Counted from the stretch's first letter, positions 10,178-20,660 are shown. The stretch is 64,000 nucleotides of DNA from a virus (IMGVR_UViG_2974611114_000001:40330-104329), one strand, 5' to 3'. Numbers and translations are program-made. Notes: generated by a model not told the origin, from the sequence alone.

Positions 10178-12043
10178 TTACTGGATCTTACCGCTACGCA
10201 CATCTGCATGCTTAACCCTACCCATAACCTCATGTTGCTTACCTGGGTTAAATGGTCTAGCACCTGGGTTACCTAAGTATCCACATACCCTTCGTGTAAT
10301 TTCAAGAGTGTTAGTATCGTGGTTACCACAAGCTGGGCATTCAAACCCATTCTCACTGGCTATGGCTTCGCCAATAAAACCACATTCACTACAGGTGTCA
10401 ACAGGAGTATTAATACCAAAGTAATGAACCTTACTAGCAGCATAGTCAATTACCCACTCTAAAGCATCTAAGAATCGCTTCATATCTGGTAACTCTACAT
10501 AAGCAATGCAACCACCACTAGCAATAGAAGTAAAGTTAGATTCATAATCAAATTTGACATCAGGAGCCACCTTTCTAGCAACATCTAAATGATGCGAGTT
10601 AGTATAGTAACCTTTCTCGAATAGCCAAGAATACTCAGGAAATTTATTAGCATCCAACTGGTTGAAACGATTACATAATGACTCACTAGGAGTTGCATAC
10701 AAACTGAAGCCAATACCTGTATTAGCCTTTTCAATATCACACGCCTCACGTATGTATAAAAGAACTTGCTTAACGAATTCGATACATTCAGAGCTCATAG
10801 TATCTACATTTTTACCGAACATTGCTTGCAACATCTCATGGCAACCAATATAACCTACGGAAATGGATGCACGATCCTTAAAATGGTCAAATACTAAGTC
10901 CTTTGCATTCAGTCGCATACCAAAAGCCCCTGACATGTATAAGATAGGAGCAGCTTCTGCTCTTACTTTCTTAAGGTGATCCATTCTCCAATAGCATGCA
11001 TTAATAGCCAGTTCTACCCGCTCTTCTAAAATGTCGAAGAAAGTATCAACATCTCCTTCTGACTCAATAGCGATTCTAGGTAGGTTTATGCTAACAACAC
11101 CTAAATTATTACGACCTGCTGTCTCACCATCTTTATTGGCAGCTAAGAAACTTCTACAACCCATACTTACTTTATAGTCACCAGTAACTTCAACAACCTT
11201 ATCATATGATATGTAGTCAGGATACATGCGTTCACTAGTACATTTAATAGCTAGCTTCTTAATATCGTAGTTAGGGTCACCGGGTTTCATATTAAGTCCA
11301 GGTTTAAGTACATATACTAATTTGGGAAATATAGCAGTATGTTTACCATTCCCTAATCCAGCCATTCTAGTATTTAGGATAGCTTTCTGTATCATTCTAG
11401 CTTCCCAAGAAGTACCTAACCCAAATCCTAGAGTAACAAAAGGGCTTTGACCATTTGAGTTAAAGAGTGTATTGATCTCATACTCCAAACTCTGCATAGC
11501 ATCTTTAACTTCCTTCTCTACCATCTCAGTTGCCATTACAGCAGATTTAGCAACATCCCCTTTCAACCACTTCATTGCAAATGATAGCGCCTTATTATAT
11601 GACGCCCTGACATACGGAGCATATATTTCATCAATTCTATCAATAGATGTTCCTCCATATTGGTGACTTGACACCTGAGCTAAAATCTGTGCGGTCACAG
11701 CCACAGCTGTATCTAGAGACTTAGGAGTTGTAATATCAGCATTCCCTACTCGCATACCATCCCTTAGCATCCCTTCTAAATCTACCAAACAGCAATTAGT
11801 GTAGCCCATAGCAGAGTAGTCAGCGTCATGGAAGTGGATGTCTCCAGAGTTATGTGCTTCTAGGATATCTTCAGGTAGCATTTCTTCTAGTAATGCCTTA
11901 CATACTTCACCCGCCAACATATCACGTTGAGTGGCTAGTCGTTCAGAAGGCTTATTAGCATTATTAAACCGTAAATCATCTTCCGCTGTGTTAGAGATTA
12001 TATCTCTAGAGTTGTTCATCATACTTTTTAATTTTTCAGTCAT
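10178..12043 (-). CDS. nrdD: anaerobic (class III) ribonucleoside-triphosphate reductase
   Basis: HFHDAD, TNCC, QSPF, MGCRSFL, YYTNS, CSECG/CPACG, RRVCGYLG glycyl-radical motif; no ATP cone; start MTEKL behind GGAGG. Confidence 0.96.
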   Translation of the reverse strand: MTEKLKSMMNNSRDIISNTAEDDLRFNNANKPSERLATQRDMLAGEVCKALLEEMLPEDILEAHNSGDIHFHDADYSAMGYTNCCLVDLEGMLRDGMRVGNADITTPKSLDTAVAVTAQILAQVSSHQYGGTSIDRIDEIYAPYVRASYNKALSFAMKWLKGDVAKSAVMATEMVEKEVKDAMQSLEYEINTLFNSNGQSPFVTLGFGLGTSWEARMIQKAILNTRMAGLGNGKHTAIFPKLVYVLKPGLNMKPGDPNYDIKKLAIKCTSERMYPDYISYDKVVEVTGDYKVSMGCRSFLAANKDGETAGRNNLGVVSINLPRIAIESEGDVDTFFDILEERVELAINACYWRMDHLKKVRAEAAPILYMSGAFGMRLNAKDLVFDHFKDRASISVGYIGCHEMLQAMFGKNVDTMSSECIEFVKQVLLYIREACDIEKANTGIGFSLYATPSESLCNRFNQLDANKFPEYSWLFEKGYYTNSHHLDVARKVAPDVKFDYESNFTSIASGGCIAYVELPDMKRFLDALEWVIDYAASKVHYFGINTPVDTCSECGFIGEAIASENGFECPACGNHDTNTLEITRRVCGYLGNPGARPFNPGKQHEVMGRVKHADVRSGKIQ

Positions 12044-12342
12044 TGTTTCTCCTCCGATATATTGATACATTATACCAAATCTGTACGTCTATGTCAACTA
12101 AAATTTATTTATTCTTCCAGCGATAACAAAATATTAACAAAATTTTATTTGACAAGCTGAAAATTATATGATATACGCACGTATGCGCGCTCGCGCGTTA
12201 TAATAAAAGAAAGGATTCGATCTTTCAGGTAGTTTTAAAAATTGTACTTGCAATTTATGTGTAAATGTTATATAATATTAAGTAAATGGGAGAACCTCAA
12301 TCCTAATTTATGGATTCGAGACCTTAAACGGAGAGGTAATGC

Positions 12343-13071
12343 ATGGCTAAAAAGAGTAAGAAGTCAAGTAAGAGAAACCCTGTTAGTACAGATAATATCC
12401 ACGATATTGGTTTGCCAGCGTCTAGTAAGGTGCTGAAACCACGTAACGAGGAGCAAAAGTCTTATATTAATAAAATAAAGAATAATACTATCACAGTAGC
12501 TACCGGAGACCCTGGAACTGGCAAAACCTTTATCCCAGCAGTACTAGCAGCTATAGAACTTTTAAAGGGTAAATCTTCTGATTTCGAAAAGCTTATTTTA
12601 ATTCGACCCAATGAGCCACTAGGTAAATCTTTGGGTATGCTACCTGGTACACTAGAGGAGAAGCTAGAACCTTGGTTAGTACCGATAGCGGATGGCATAT
12701 CTTGGTACGCGGGGGAAACTTACTACAAGTACTGTATACGCTCAGGTAAGATAGATTACTTAGCAGTAGAGCATGCTAGGGGGCGAACTTTTAATAATGC
12801 ATTCGTTATTGTTGACGAAGCACAAAACATTGGCGTAGAAGCTATGAAAGCTCTAGTAACTAGAGCAGGTTTAGACTGTAGGTTAGTTATCTGTGGTGAT
12901 ATTGCTCAAGTAGATATCAATAAGAAAGACTCTGGATTAGCCATGTTGATGCGTCTTAAAGAGAAGTATGGTAGTGCAGTTCCGTTTACACATATTGAGC
13001 TGATAGAGAACGTAAGATCCCCTGAATCAGCTCAATTCGTTAAAATATTTAAAGAAGAAGGATTAATGTAA
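12343..13071 (+). CDS. phoH: PhoH-like ATPase
   Basis: GDPGTGKT, LGMLPGTLEEK, RGRTF, DEAQN, GDIAQVD. Confidence 0.95.
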   Translation: MAKKSKKSSKRNPVSTDNIHDIGLPASSKVLKPRNEEQKSYINKIKNNTITVATGDPGTGKTFIPAVLAAIELLKGKSSDFEKLILIRPNEPLGKSLGMLPGTLEEKLEPWLVPIADGISWYAGETYYKYCIRSGKIDYLAVEHARGRTFNNAFVIVDEAQNIGVEAMKALVTRAGLDCRLVICGDIAQVDINKKDSGLAMLMRLKEKYGSAVPFTHIELIENVRSPESAQFVKIFKEEGLM

Positions 13072-13277
13072 TGTCTAATGTTATTGCTATTAAAACTGAC
13101 TTATCACCAAGAACACGATACGTTTTGGAGAAGTGGAATAAAGTAATTGCTTTCTTTCCAAATAATAGAGATATACATGCAATAGCAGTAAAATTAATAC
13201 AAGAACATCCCTCTGCAACCATTAGACAGTTGTTAGATGTACTAAATAAAATTGCAGAGAAAAGAAAAGACAACTAA
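13071..13277 (+). CDS. small conserved hypothetical protein
   Basis: 68-aa ORF with TAATG overlap to phoH. Confidence 0.65.
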   Translation: MSNVIAIKTDLSPRTRYVLEKWNKVIAFFPNNRDIHAIAVKLIQEHPSATIRQLLDVLNKIAEKRKDN

Positions 13278-13280
13278 TAC

Positions 13281-13311
13281 AAAATGCCGAGCCTAGTGTT
13301 CGGCATTTTTT
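13281..13311 (+). terminator. intrinsic terminator
   Basis: AAAATGCCGA-loop-TCGGCATTTT followed by a T run. Confidence 0.7.
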
Positions 13312-13337
13312 ACCTCTAAAGTTATTAAGGAGAACTT

Positions 13338-16300
13338 ATGGACTTGACAAGATTTTTGAAGCCTGAACAGCCTCAGACACAACTATATAATATTAAAAAC
13401 GTAAGAAAGCGTGATGGCTCTATTGAAGAATTTGATGAGAGAAAATTACTAGGGTGGGCGTCCTGGGCGTGTAAGGGGAAAGAAGATCTTTATTCCAGAT
13501 TAGTGAAAATGGTACTAAGAACGGAAGCTCGTGAGTACATCTATACCGATGAACTACAGGATATGTTAATTAGCGCAGCGGACAGCTTAATTGTATCAGA
13601 GCCTGAGTACGATGATGTTGCTAAACAATTGCTACTAGCTAAGATGCGTAAACAGGTATTTCAGTCAGATAGATTCCAGCCCCCAGGACTTCGCCAGTGG
13701 GCTGACTACTTGGCAGAAGCAGGTGCATGGCAGAAGATCACATGGTTTACGGACAGCGAGTGGGATCAATTAGAAGAAGCAATTGATCATTCTAGGGATG
13801 AAGATTTTACCTATGGAGGGTTAAAACAGTTCTTCGATAAGTATGCACGACGCAATGTAGAGCTAGAAGAAATATACGAAACTCCTCAGTTTATGTATAT
13901 GGGCATGGCAATGGCAATGGGTCAAACAGATGATTGGTCTATTCAGCAAATTATTGACTTATACGATGCATTTAGCACCTTTAAGATTAACGTGCCAACA
14001 CCACCTATGATTGGTCTACGCTCAGGTGACAATGGATTTGCATCTTGCTGTCTAGTAGAATCTGGAGATACATTAGATTCCCTAGATGCATCAGAGCATG
14101 TTGTGTTTAAGATGGTTGCAGCTAGAGCAGGTATTGGGCATAAGCTAACAACTAGATCTGTAGCAGACCCTGTTCGTAACGGATCGTTTTATCATATGGG
14201 TAAGATACCTTACCTACGCCATGCATTTGCTAGCTGTGCAAGTAATACACAACAATCACGTGGCGGTTCAATGAATACTAATATCGCTATGTTTGATCCT
14301 GAAGTAATGACTATCCTGTCAGGTAAGTCACAGCGTTCAGACGCAGAGAGTCGTTTAGATAAAATTGATTATACATTACAGGTTAACGGATTCTTATTAG
14401 AAAGAGCTTTAAAGAAGCAAGACATTACATTAATGTCTTACCTATACGCCCCAGAAGTGTACGAGGCATTCTATAGTAAGGATCTAAGTACGTTTGTAAA
14501 GGCATATGAAGCAGCAGAAAAGCGTCTATCTACTAAGACCAGAAGAACACGAGATGGACACTCAGTTCCTTTATGTCCTACTATTAGTGCTATGGAAGTA
14601 TTAAATCATGCATTAAAAATTCGTATGGAAGTAGGTAGGGTTTATTTACAGTTTGTAGATAATACAAATGCTCATTCTAACTTTGACGAACCTATCACCA
14701 TGACTAATCTATGTGTTGCACCAGAAACACGCATACTAACTAGTATTGGATACCAAACTATTAAGGATGTGCAGGATTCTGAAGTAACACTGTGGAACGG
14801 TCAAGAGTGGTCAAATACTGTAGTACGTAAGACAGGTGAAAATCAGCCACTACTAAATATAGAGTTTTCGGATGGTAGTAGTATTAGAGCAACCCCATAT
14901 CACAAATTCTATACCCCAACAGCGGGACGACGCGCGGATAGGGTGAAGTCTGTAAAGGATAAGTTAATAGAGGTTAGAGCTAAAGACTTAACTATAGGTA
15001 TGAAAATGCCTAAGTTTGACCTACCAGTAATTACCGGCAGTAAAGAACTTACCAGTCCTTGGGCTAATGGATTCTTCACAGGGGATGGTACTGTACAGCA
15101 GAATGGATCAGGAAAGCAGTACCATAAACTTTATTTCTATGAAGATAAGCGGGATCTGGTAGACAAGTGTGATGCAGAGCTTAGCGCCGGACACCACGCA
15201 GATAATATGTCAGCTTATATGGTTAAGGGGTTAGAAAGTAAATTTTTCGTACCATCTGCTGAGTACACTATTCAATCTAGAATTAAGTGGTTAGAGGGCT
15301 TACTTGATGCTGACGGGTGCTTGCAATCCAATGGTCCTACCCCCTCAGTAGTACTAAGCTCAGTAAATAAGCAATTTTTAGAGCAGGTAAGGGAGACGTT
15401 AGCCTCTTTAGGAGTATCCTCTAAGTTCTCCACCACTCGAAGCGCAGGACCACGTATGTTGCCAGACGGTAGAGGTGGGCACAAAGAATACCATACACAG
15501 GAAGTTCACAGGATTACTATATCATCCACTGGGTACTGGCAGTTATATGATCAGGGGTTGAGATTACACAAACATAGTGATACACTAGGCAGACCAAATA
15601 GACCAGCATCGCAGTATGTAACCGTTACGAGTATAGAAGATGGTGGGGTAGCAGATACATTTTGCTTCACTGAACCCTTACTAAACTTGGGAGTATTCAA
15701 TGGTATACTGGCAGGAAACTGTGTTGAAATCAATCAGCCTACTTACTGGTTCGATCATATCATAGACCTGTATAACACTAATGAGGATATTAAACCTGGA
15801 GAACAGGGTGAGGTTTCTCTGTGTAACTTAGCAGGTATCACATTAGGTAAAGTCAAAACTCTAGAAGAGTGGGAATCGGTTTGTTACTTAGTGCTTAAGT
15901 TTGTGGACACTATCATTGATATTCAAGACTACGCGTTCCCTCAAATGGCTATAACCGCCAAGAAGCGTAGAAACGTGGGTATTGGTGTTATGAACGCAGC
16001 AGGTGCTATGGCAGAGCTAGGACTTCAATATGTAGGTGAGGAAGCAAGAAATTGGCTACATAAAGAAATGGAGAAGCATGCCTACTTCCTGCATAAAGCA
16101 TCTGTTAGGTTGGCAAAAGAACGAGGTGCAGCAGATTGGTTCAAATATACTTTACCTGCTAAGGGTGTTTTAGTAATAGATACCTATAAGAAAACTGTAG
16201 ACGAATTAGTATCAGTAGGCTTAGAACTAGACTGGGAGTCGCTGAGAGCAGACATTATAAAATATGGTATGCGTAATAGCGTACTATCTGCTCAGATGCC

Positions 16301-16706
16301 AGGGGAATCCAGCTCAGTAGTTACAGGGTCAACCAATAGCCTAGATCCAATTAGAGCTTTAGTAACTGTTAAAGGTAGTGGTACTAGTAAGGTTAAATGT
16401 GTAGCTCCAGGAGCCACTGACCCTAGTATCAGTAAACACTACATCACAGCATTCAACGTTCCTAAGGAAGAGTGGGTTAAGTTTAATGCTGTTGCACAGA
16501 AGTTCTTCAATCAGGCTATGAGCTTCAACGAATATTACAGATTCTCGGATTACCCAGATGGCAAAATACCAATGGCAGCAGTGCTTAAAAACGTACTATT
16601 GGCATATAAGTATGGAATGAAGTCTATTTACTATGCCTGGTTTGATGATGATAACGGCGGTTCAGTACACCAACAAGGCTGTTCTAGTGGTGGCTGTTCT
16701 ATTTAA
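13338..16706 (+). CDS. nrdA: class Ia ribonucleotide reductase alpha subunit, intein-containing
   Basis: ATP-cone-like start, ETPQ, PTP, ASCC, TNL-[intein]-CVEI, SLCNL, KSIYY, C-terminal CSSGGCSI. Confidence 0.96.
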   Translation: MDLTRFLKPEQPQTQLYNIKNVRKRDGSIEEFDERKLLGWASWACKGKEDLYSRLVKMVLRTEAREYIYTDELQDMLISAADSLIVSEPEYDDVAKQLLLAKMRKQVFQSDRFQPPGLRQWADYLAEAGAWQKITWFTDSEWDQLEEAIDHSRDEDFTYGGLKQFFDKYARRNVELEEIYETPQFMYMGMAMAMGQTDDWSIQQIIDLYDAFSTFKINVPTPPMIGLRSGDNGFASCCLVESGDTLDSLDASEHVVFKMVAARAGIGHKLTTRSVADPVRNGSFYHMGKIPYLRHAFASCASNTQQSRGGSMNTNIAMFDPEVMTILSGKSQRSDAESRLDKIDYTLQVNGFLLERALKKQDITLMSYLYAPEVYEAFYSKDLSTFVKAYEAAEKRLSTKTRRTRDGHSVPLCPTISAMEVLNHALKIRMEVGRVYLQFVDNTNAHSNFDEPITMTNLCVAPETRILTSIGYQTIKDVQDSEVTLWNGQEWSNTVVRKTGENQPLLNIEFSDGSSIRATPYHKFYTPTAGRRADRVKSVKDKLIEVRAKDLTIGMKMPKFDLPVITGSKELTSPWANGFFTGDGTVQQNGSGKQYHKLYFYEDKRDLVDKCDAELSAGHHADNMSAYMVKGLESKFFVPSAEYTIQSRIKWLEGLLDADGCLQSNGPTPSVVLSSVNKQFLEQVRETLASLGVSSKFSTTRSAGPRMLPDGRGGHKEYHTQEVHRITISSTGYWQLYDQGLRLHKHSDTLGRPNRPASQYVTVTSIEDGGVADTFCFTEPLLNLGVFNGILAGNCVEINQPTYWFDHIIDLYNTNEDIKPGEQGEVSLCNLAGITLGKVKTLEEWESVCYLVLKFVDTIIDIQDYAFPQMAITAKKRRNVGIGVMNAAGAMAELGLQYVGEEARNWLHKEMEKHAYFLHKASVRLAKERGAADWFKYTLPAKGVLVIDTYKKTVDELVSVGLELDWESLRADIIKYGMRNSVLSAQMPGESSSVVTGSTNSLDPIRALVTVKGSGTSKVKCVAPGATDPSISKHYITAFNVPKEEWVKFNAVAQKFFNQAMSFNEYYRFSDYPDGKIPMAAVLKNVLLAYKYGMKSIYYAWFDDDNGGSVHQQGCSSGGCSI
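14712..15719 (+). mobile_element. 336-aa intein with LAGLIDADG homing endonuclease in nrdA
   Basis: Starts CVAPETRILT, block B TPYHKF, LAGLIDADG motifs ANGFFTGDG and LEGLLDADG, ends GILAGN/C; inserted immediately before the catalytic Cys of NLCxE. Confidence 0.95.
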
Positions 16707-16772
16707 TTATTTTATTTGACAAAGGACTCCCATTATTATATAATATATGCATATATTAATGGGAGACTAAAT

Positions 16773-17108
16773 ATGCGAAGATTAGAAGAGATAAACGATA
16801 GAATCGACGAACTAGAGAAAGAGATTCGTGATTTAAATAAGGAAGCAGAGCGTATTAGGGACAACTGTACCCACTCTGATGGTGAAGAAGTTTCCTTAAG
16901 TTTTGAAGGATACTCGCCATTAGCAGGCGGTGAAGTAGAGAGCTTCTCTGTTAAGTGCCTAACCTGTGGATTTTGCACACAATATCATGGGATTTCTGAT
17001 CTACTTCGTAACAGACCAGATCTAGTAGAGGATGCACTAAGCTTACTAAGGTCTCACGTATTAAATAAGGAAAATACCTATGCAAGACGAACTAATAAGA
17101 AAGTTTGA
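16773..17108 (+). CDS. coiled-coil plus CxH/CxxC putative Zn-binding protein
   Basis: Start MRRLEE behind GGAG; CTH...CLTC; promoter TTGACA at 16716. Confidence 0.7.
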   Translation: MRRLEEINDRIDELEKEIRDLNKEAERIRDNCTHSDGEEVSLSFEGYSPLAGGEVESFSVKCLTCGFCTQYHGISDLLRNRPDLVEDALSLLRSHVLNKENTYARRTNKKV

Positions 17109-17433
17109 AGAAGTACGAAAAGCGCTAGATGAAAATGAGAAAGAGAGAATACACTTACACGAGAAGCTATATAATCTAAATAATTCTTGTAAGCATGAAG
17201 GGGAAGCAGATGTGCAGATGCTAGCTCACACATATGAGGGTGGTATTGCAAAGTTTATTCCTATATGCTCTATTTGCGGAAACCCAATTAATGGATATCC
17301 TATAGAATCAAATCCATTAACACTGCAAGAGCTAGTAATACAGTTTCCAGACTTAATTGATAAAGCGGTTTCCAAGATAAAAGAGGCAGAAAGAGAATTA
17401 CGTAAAGCAGAATTAGCGTTTTATGGCAACTAA
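17080..17433 (+). CDS. coiled-coil plus CxH/CxxC putative Zn-binding protein (paralog of the upstream gene)
   Basis: CKH...CSIC...PDL, same layout as 16773-17108. Confidence 0.7.
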   Translation: MQDELIRKFEEVRKALDENEKERIHLHEKLYNLNNSCKHEGEADVQMLAHTYEGGIAKFIPICSICGNPINGYPIESNPLTLQELVIQFPDLIDKAVSKIKEAERELRKAELAFYGN

Positions 17434-17443
17434 GGAGTAATAA

Positions 17444-18547
17444 ATGTCAACACTATTAAACTTATCAAAAGACCCTAACGACGCCACACTATTTCTAGGG
17501 GAGGAACTAGGGCTATCTGATTACATTCAGATGGCACACCCACAGCTAAATGAATTAACATTGCTTCAAAGATCGCAGTATTGGATTGAGACAGAGGTAT
17601 TAATGTCAAATGATAGAAAGCAGTGGGGTACGATTCATCCTAACTTCCAGCGTATTACTCTAGATAATCTATCCTGGCAAACAATGACAGATACTTTTGT
17701 ATCCAGAGCACCAGAACAAGTACTACTGCCATTAGTATCTAGACCAGAATTGGAATCCATGATTAAGTGGTGGTCTATCTTTGAAGAGATCCATAGTCGT
17801 GCGTATTCTAATATTATTCAGAACGTGGTTCCTTTACCAGAAGATTATATCGCTAATATTATGCGAGACTTCACTGCACTAGGTCGTATTGAAGATACTA
17901 TTAAGTTCTTTGATGAATTAAATGTACTATCACTTAAATTCCAGTTAGGAGATAGAAGCCCAGTATTAGTGGACGAGTTAAGATCCACAATTCTACGTGC
18001 ATATGTAAGAATCTATGCATTAGAGGCAATTCAGTTTTATGCGTCCTTTGCGTGTACATTTGCATTGGCAGAGGAAGATATTCTACCCGGAATCGCCAGT
18101 AACTTGAAGCTTATTGCTAGAGATGAGGCTTTACATACCAAAATGAGTAAAGCTGTAATTGACATTCTAGTAAAGCAATTACCAGACTGGATGGTAAATA
18201 AAGCTTTCGAAGAAGCCCCAGCAGTATTACTAGACGTATTAAACAGAGAAAAGGAATGGGGTAACTATATCTTCCGTGGTGGAGTGACACTGCCTAAGTT
18301 AGACTCAGAAAGACTGCAAGCGTACCTAGACTATATTGGTGGGCTGGCATTTGGTCTTATTGGTATTAGTATTCCCTCATCTATGAACCATGTTAAAGAA
18401 GATCCTCTTTTATTTATGAACGACTATTTAGACACAGGGCACTTCCAAGTAGCACCTCAGGAAGCAAGTGTAGATAAGTATCGTGTAGCCCAAACAGTGG
18501 CTGCCTCAGATGAGGAACTATCTGAGTTAGGAGATTTCTTACTTTGA
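17444..18547 (+). CDS. nrdB: class Ia ribonucleotide reductase beta subunit
   Basis: EEIHSRAY, LEAIQFYASF, IARDEALH di-iron motifs, VAPQE. Confidence 0.95.
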   Translation: MSTLLNLSKDPNDATLFLGEELGLSDYIQMAHPQLNELTLLQRSQYWIETEVLMSNDRKQWGTIHPNFQRITLDNLSWQTMTDTFVSRAPEQVLLPLVSRPELESMIKWWSIFEEIHSRAYSNIIQNVVPLPEDYIANIMRDFTALGRIEDTIKFFDELNVLSLKFQLGDRSPVLVDELRSTILRAYVRIYALEAIQFYASFACTFALAEEDILPGIASNLKLIARDEALHTKMSKAVIDILVKQLPDWMVNKAFEEAPAVLLDVLNREKEWGNYIFRGGVTLPKLDSERLQAYLDYIGGLAFGLIGISIPSSMNHVKEDPLLFMNDYLDTGHFQVAPQEASVDKYRVAQTVAASDEELSELGDFLL

Positions 18548-19083
18548 TTTCATTACACTTTGCAGTAGGTAGTGCAGGAGAGTTTGGGCTAAATGGGAAG
18601 CTGCCTTGGGGCAGTATTCCCAAAGAGCTAGAAACCTTTTGGAAGGGTCTCAAGTCTGAAAAGCCCAATCATATAGTTATGGGTAGAAACACGTTTAATT
18701 CACTGCCTAAGGCAGTAATTGATAGACTTAAAGAGCTATCAGCACTGAAGGTAGTAGATCTGGAACGTGAACTAACACCAAAAGAAAACACAAAATTGTT
18801 ATACGATACATTAACTTCTCTAGGTGGAAAAGTGGCTGTTATTGGTGGAGCATTTATTCTTAATACCATACTCACGAATATGATAGAATTAGTAGATAAG
18901 ATGTATATATCAGTAATGCACCTGTCAATGGTTAATCCTAGAACTATGTCCTATGAGCCAATGAAAGCTGATACATATCTAGATATGGCTCAACTAAACT
19001 TTATATTCGATAATCTAGCACATAGACGAACTATAGTTGAGGTAGACTCAGAATTCACATCAATGATTATGGAGATGCAATAA
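18544..19083 (+). CDS. frd: dihydrofolate reductase
   Basis: GKLPWG, VMGRNTFNSLP, VIGGA; lies between nrdB and thyA. Confidence 0.9.
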   Translation: MISLHFAVGSAGEFGLNGKLPWGSIPKELETFWKGLKSEKPNHIVMGRNTFNSLPKAVIDRLKELSALKVVDLERELTPKENTKLLYDTLTSLGGKVAVIGGAFILNTILTNMIELVDKMYISVMHLSMVNPRTMSYEPMKADTYLDMAQLNFIFDNLAHRRTIVEVDSEFTSMIMEMQ

Positions 19084-19953
19084 ATGAAACAGTACCTAGA
19101 ATTAGCTCAACGCATTATAGATTCTGGTGAGTGGATAGAGAATAAACGAACTGGCGTTCGTTGCAAAACTGTTATAGATGCATCACTAGAATATGATGTA
19201 GGTGCAGGAGAGCTCCCTTTACTAACAACACGTAAAATGTACCCCAACGCAGCTATCGCTGAATTATTAGGATATTTACGTGGATACAGCAATGCCAATC
19301 AGTTTGCTGAGATAGGGTGTAATACTTGGCACGCAAATTCTAATGAAAACCAAGCTTGGTTAGAAAACCCCAATCGACAAGGACATGGAGATATGGGTAG
19401 GGTATACGGAGTACAGGGTAGGGAATGGAGATCATATGATCCCAATATATCACCTGATTATAAGACCACTGACCAGTTACTTAAAGTCTATAACAATCTA
19501 AAGAAAGGTATAGACGATAGGGGAGAAATAATCACATTCTGGAATCCTGGGGAATTTGATCAGGGTTGCCTACGCCCATGTATGCATACCCATAACTTCT
19601 CTATTCTAGGAGACAGACTATTCTTAACTTCCTATCAACGAAGCTGTGATGTGCCTCTAGGATTAGCGTTTAATATGGTACAATGCTATACATTACTTGA
19701 CATTATGAGTAGAGTAACTGGCATTAAAGCAGGGAAAGCTTACCATAAAATTATAAATGCTCATATTTATGAAAATCAGATTCCTACAATTATGGAACAG
19801 TTAGCTAGAACCCCTTCTAATATCCAACCTGGGTTAGTAATATCAGACAGAATACAAACATTGGATGATGTACTATATAAAGCAACTACTGACGATTTTC
19901 AAATAGTTAATTATGTTCCACAGCCAGCAATTAGGCACCCATTTACAGTCTAA
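19084..19953 (+). CDS. thyA: thymidylate synthase
   Basis: PLLTTRK, LRPCMH catalytic Cys, YQRSCDVPLGLAFN, HIYENQ. Confidence 0.96.
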   Translation: MKQYLELAQRIIDSGEWIENKRTGVRCKTVIDASLEYDVGAGELPLLTTRKMYPNAAIAELLGYLRGYSNANQFAEIGCNTWHANSNENQAWLENPNRQGHGDMGRVYGVQGREWRSYDPNISPDYKTTDQLLKVYNNLKKGIDDRGEIITFWNPGEFDQGCLRPCMHTHNFSILGDRLFLTSYQRSCDVPLGLAFNMVQCYTLLDIMSRVTGIKAGKAYHKIINAHIYENQIPTIMEQLARTPSNIQPGLVISDRIQTLDDVLYKATTDDFQIVNYVPQPAIRHPFTV

Positions 19954-19961
19954 ACTATTAT

Positions 19962-19983
19962 AATAGCCCGAAAGGGCTATTAT
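19962..19983 (+). terminator. hairpin / probable terminator
   Basis: AATAGCCC-GAAA-GGGCTATT after thyA. Confidence 0.55.
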
Positions 19984-20053
19984 CTCAAATATTTTAGTTG
20001 ACATCTTGTAGAATATTTGAGATAATATTTACTAAATAAACACGGAGATACAA

Positions 20054-20527
20054 ATGTTAGAAATATATACAGATGGGGGATGTCACGGAAACCCTGGAGT
20101 AGGTGCATGGGCATTTGTAGTATATGATGCACTAGGGCATAAGATAGGTACAAAGTCTAACTACGCAGAGGAGATCACTACTAATATTAGGATGGAAATG
20201 CAGGCAATCCTAGAGGCGTTAAAGTTTGTAAATAAGCATAAAAAGAAATGCGAGATATTAACAGACTCAAAATTCTCTATTGACGCTATAACAAAATGGT
20301 TGCCTGGGTGGAAACGTAGAGGTTGGAAGAAGGCAAGTGGCGAACCTGTAGCCAACCAAGACCTATGGGAACTAATAGACAGAGAACTTCAGCAATATTT
20401 TAATAACAATAAAATTACAGTATCCCTAACTCATGTTAAAGGGCACTCAGGTATACAAGGAAATGAAGAAGCTGATGAGCTTACTCAAATCCGAATCTCA
20501 GATAGAGAGCTAGATCTGCGAATGTAA
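20054..20527 (+). CDS. rnh: ribonuclease HI
   Basis: YTDGGCHGNPG, TNIRME, TDS, NQDLW, HVKGHSG...GNEEAD. Confidence 0.95.
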   Translation: MLEIYTDGGCHGNPGVGAWAFVVYDALGHKIGTKSNYAEEITTNIRMEMQAILEALKFVNKHKKKCEILTDSKFSIDAITKWLPGWKRRGWKKASGEPVANQDLWELIDRELQQYFNNNKITVSLTHVKGHSGIQGNEEADELTQIRISDRELDLRM

Positions 20528-20660
20528 ATAATTTAAAATTTTAGTTGCAAAACTTCTAAAAAGAACGTATAATATATCTTATAAATTGAGTTAACAGTCA
20601 AATGTATTTTAATGACCTATTTGCAGATAGGTCTCCAAACAACTAAAAGGAAACTAAATA

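Noticed and set aside
10178-12070. nrdD without nrdG
   Set aside because: The activase may lie outside the window or come from the host; not informative on its own
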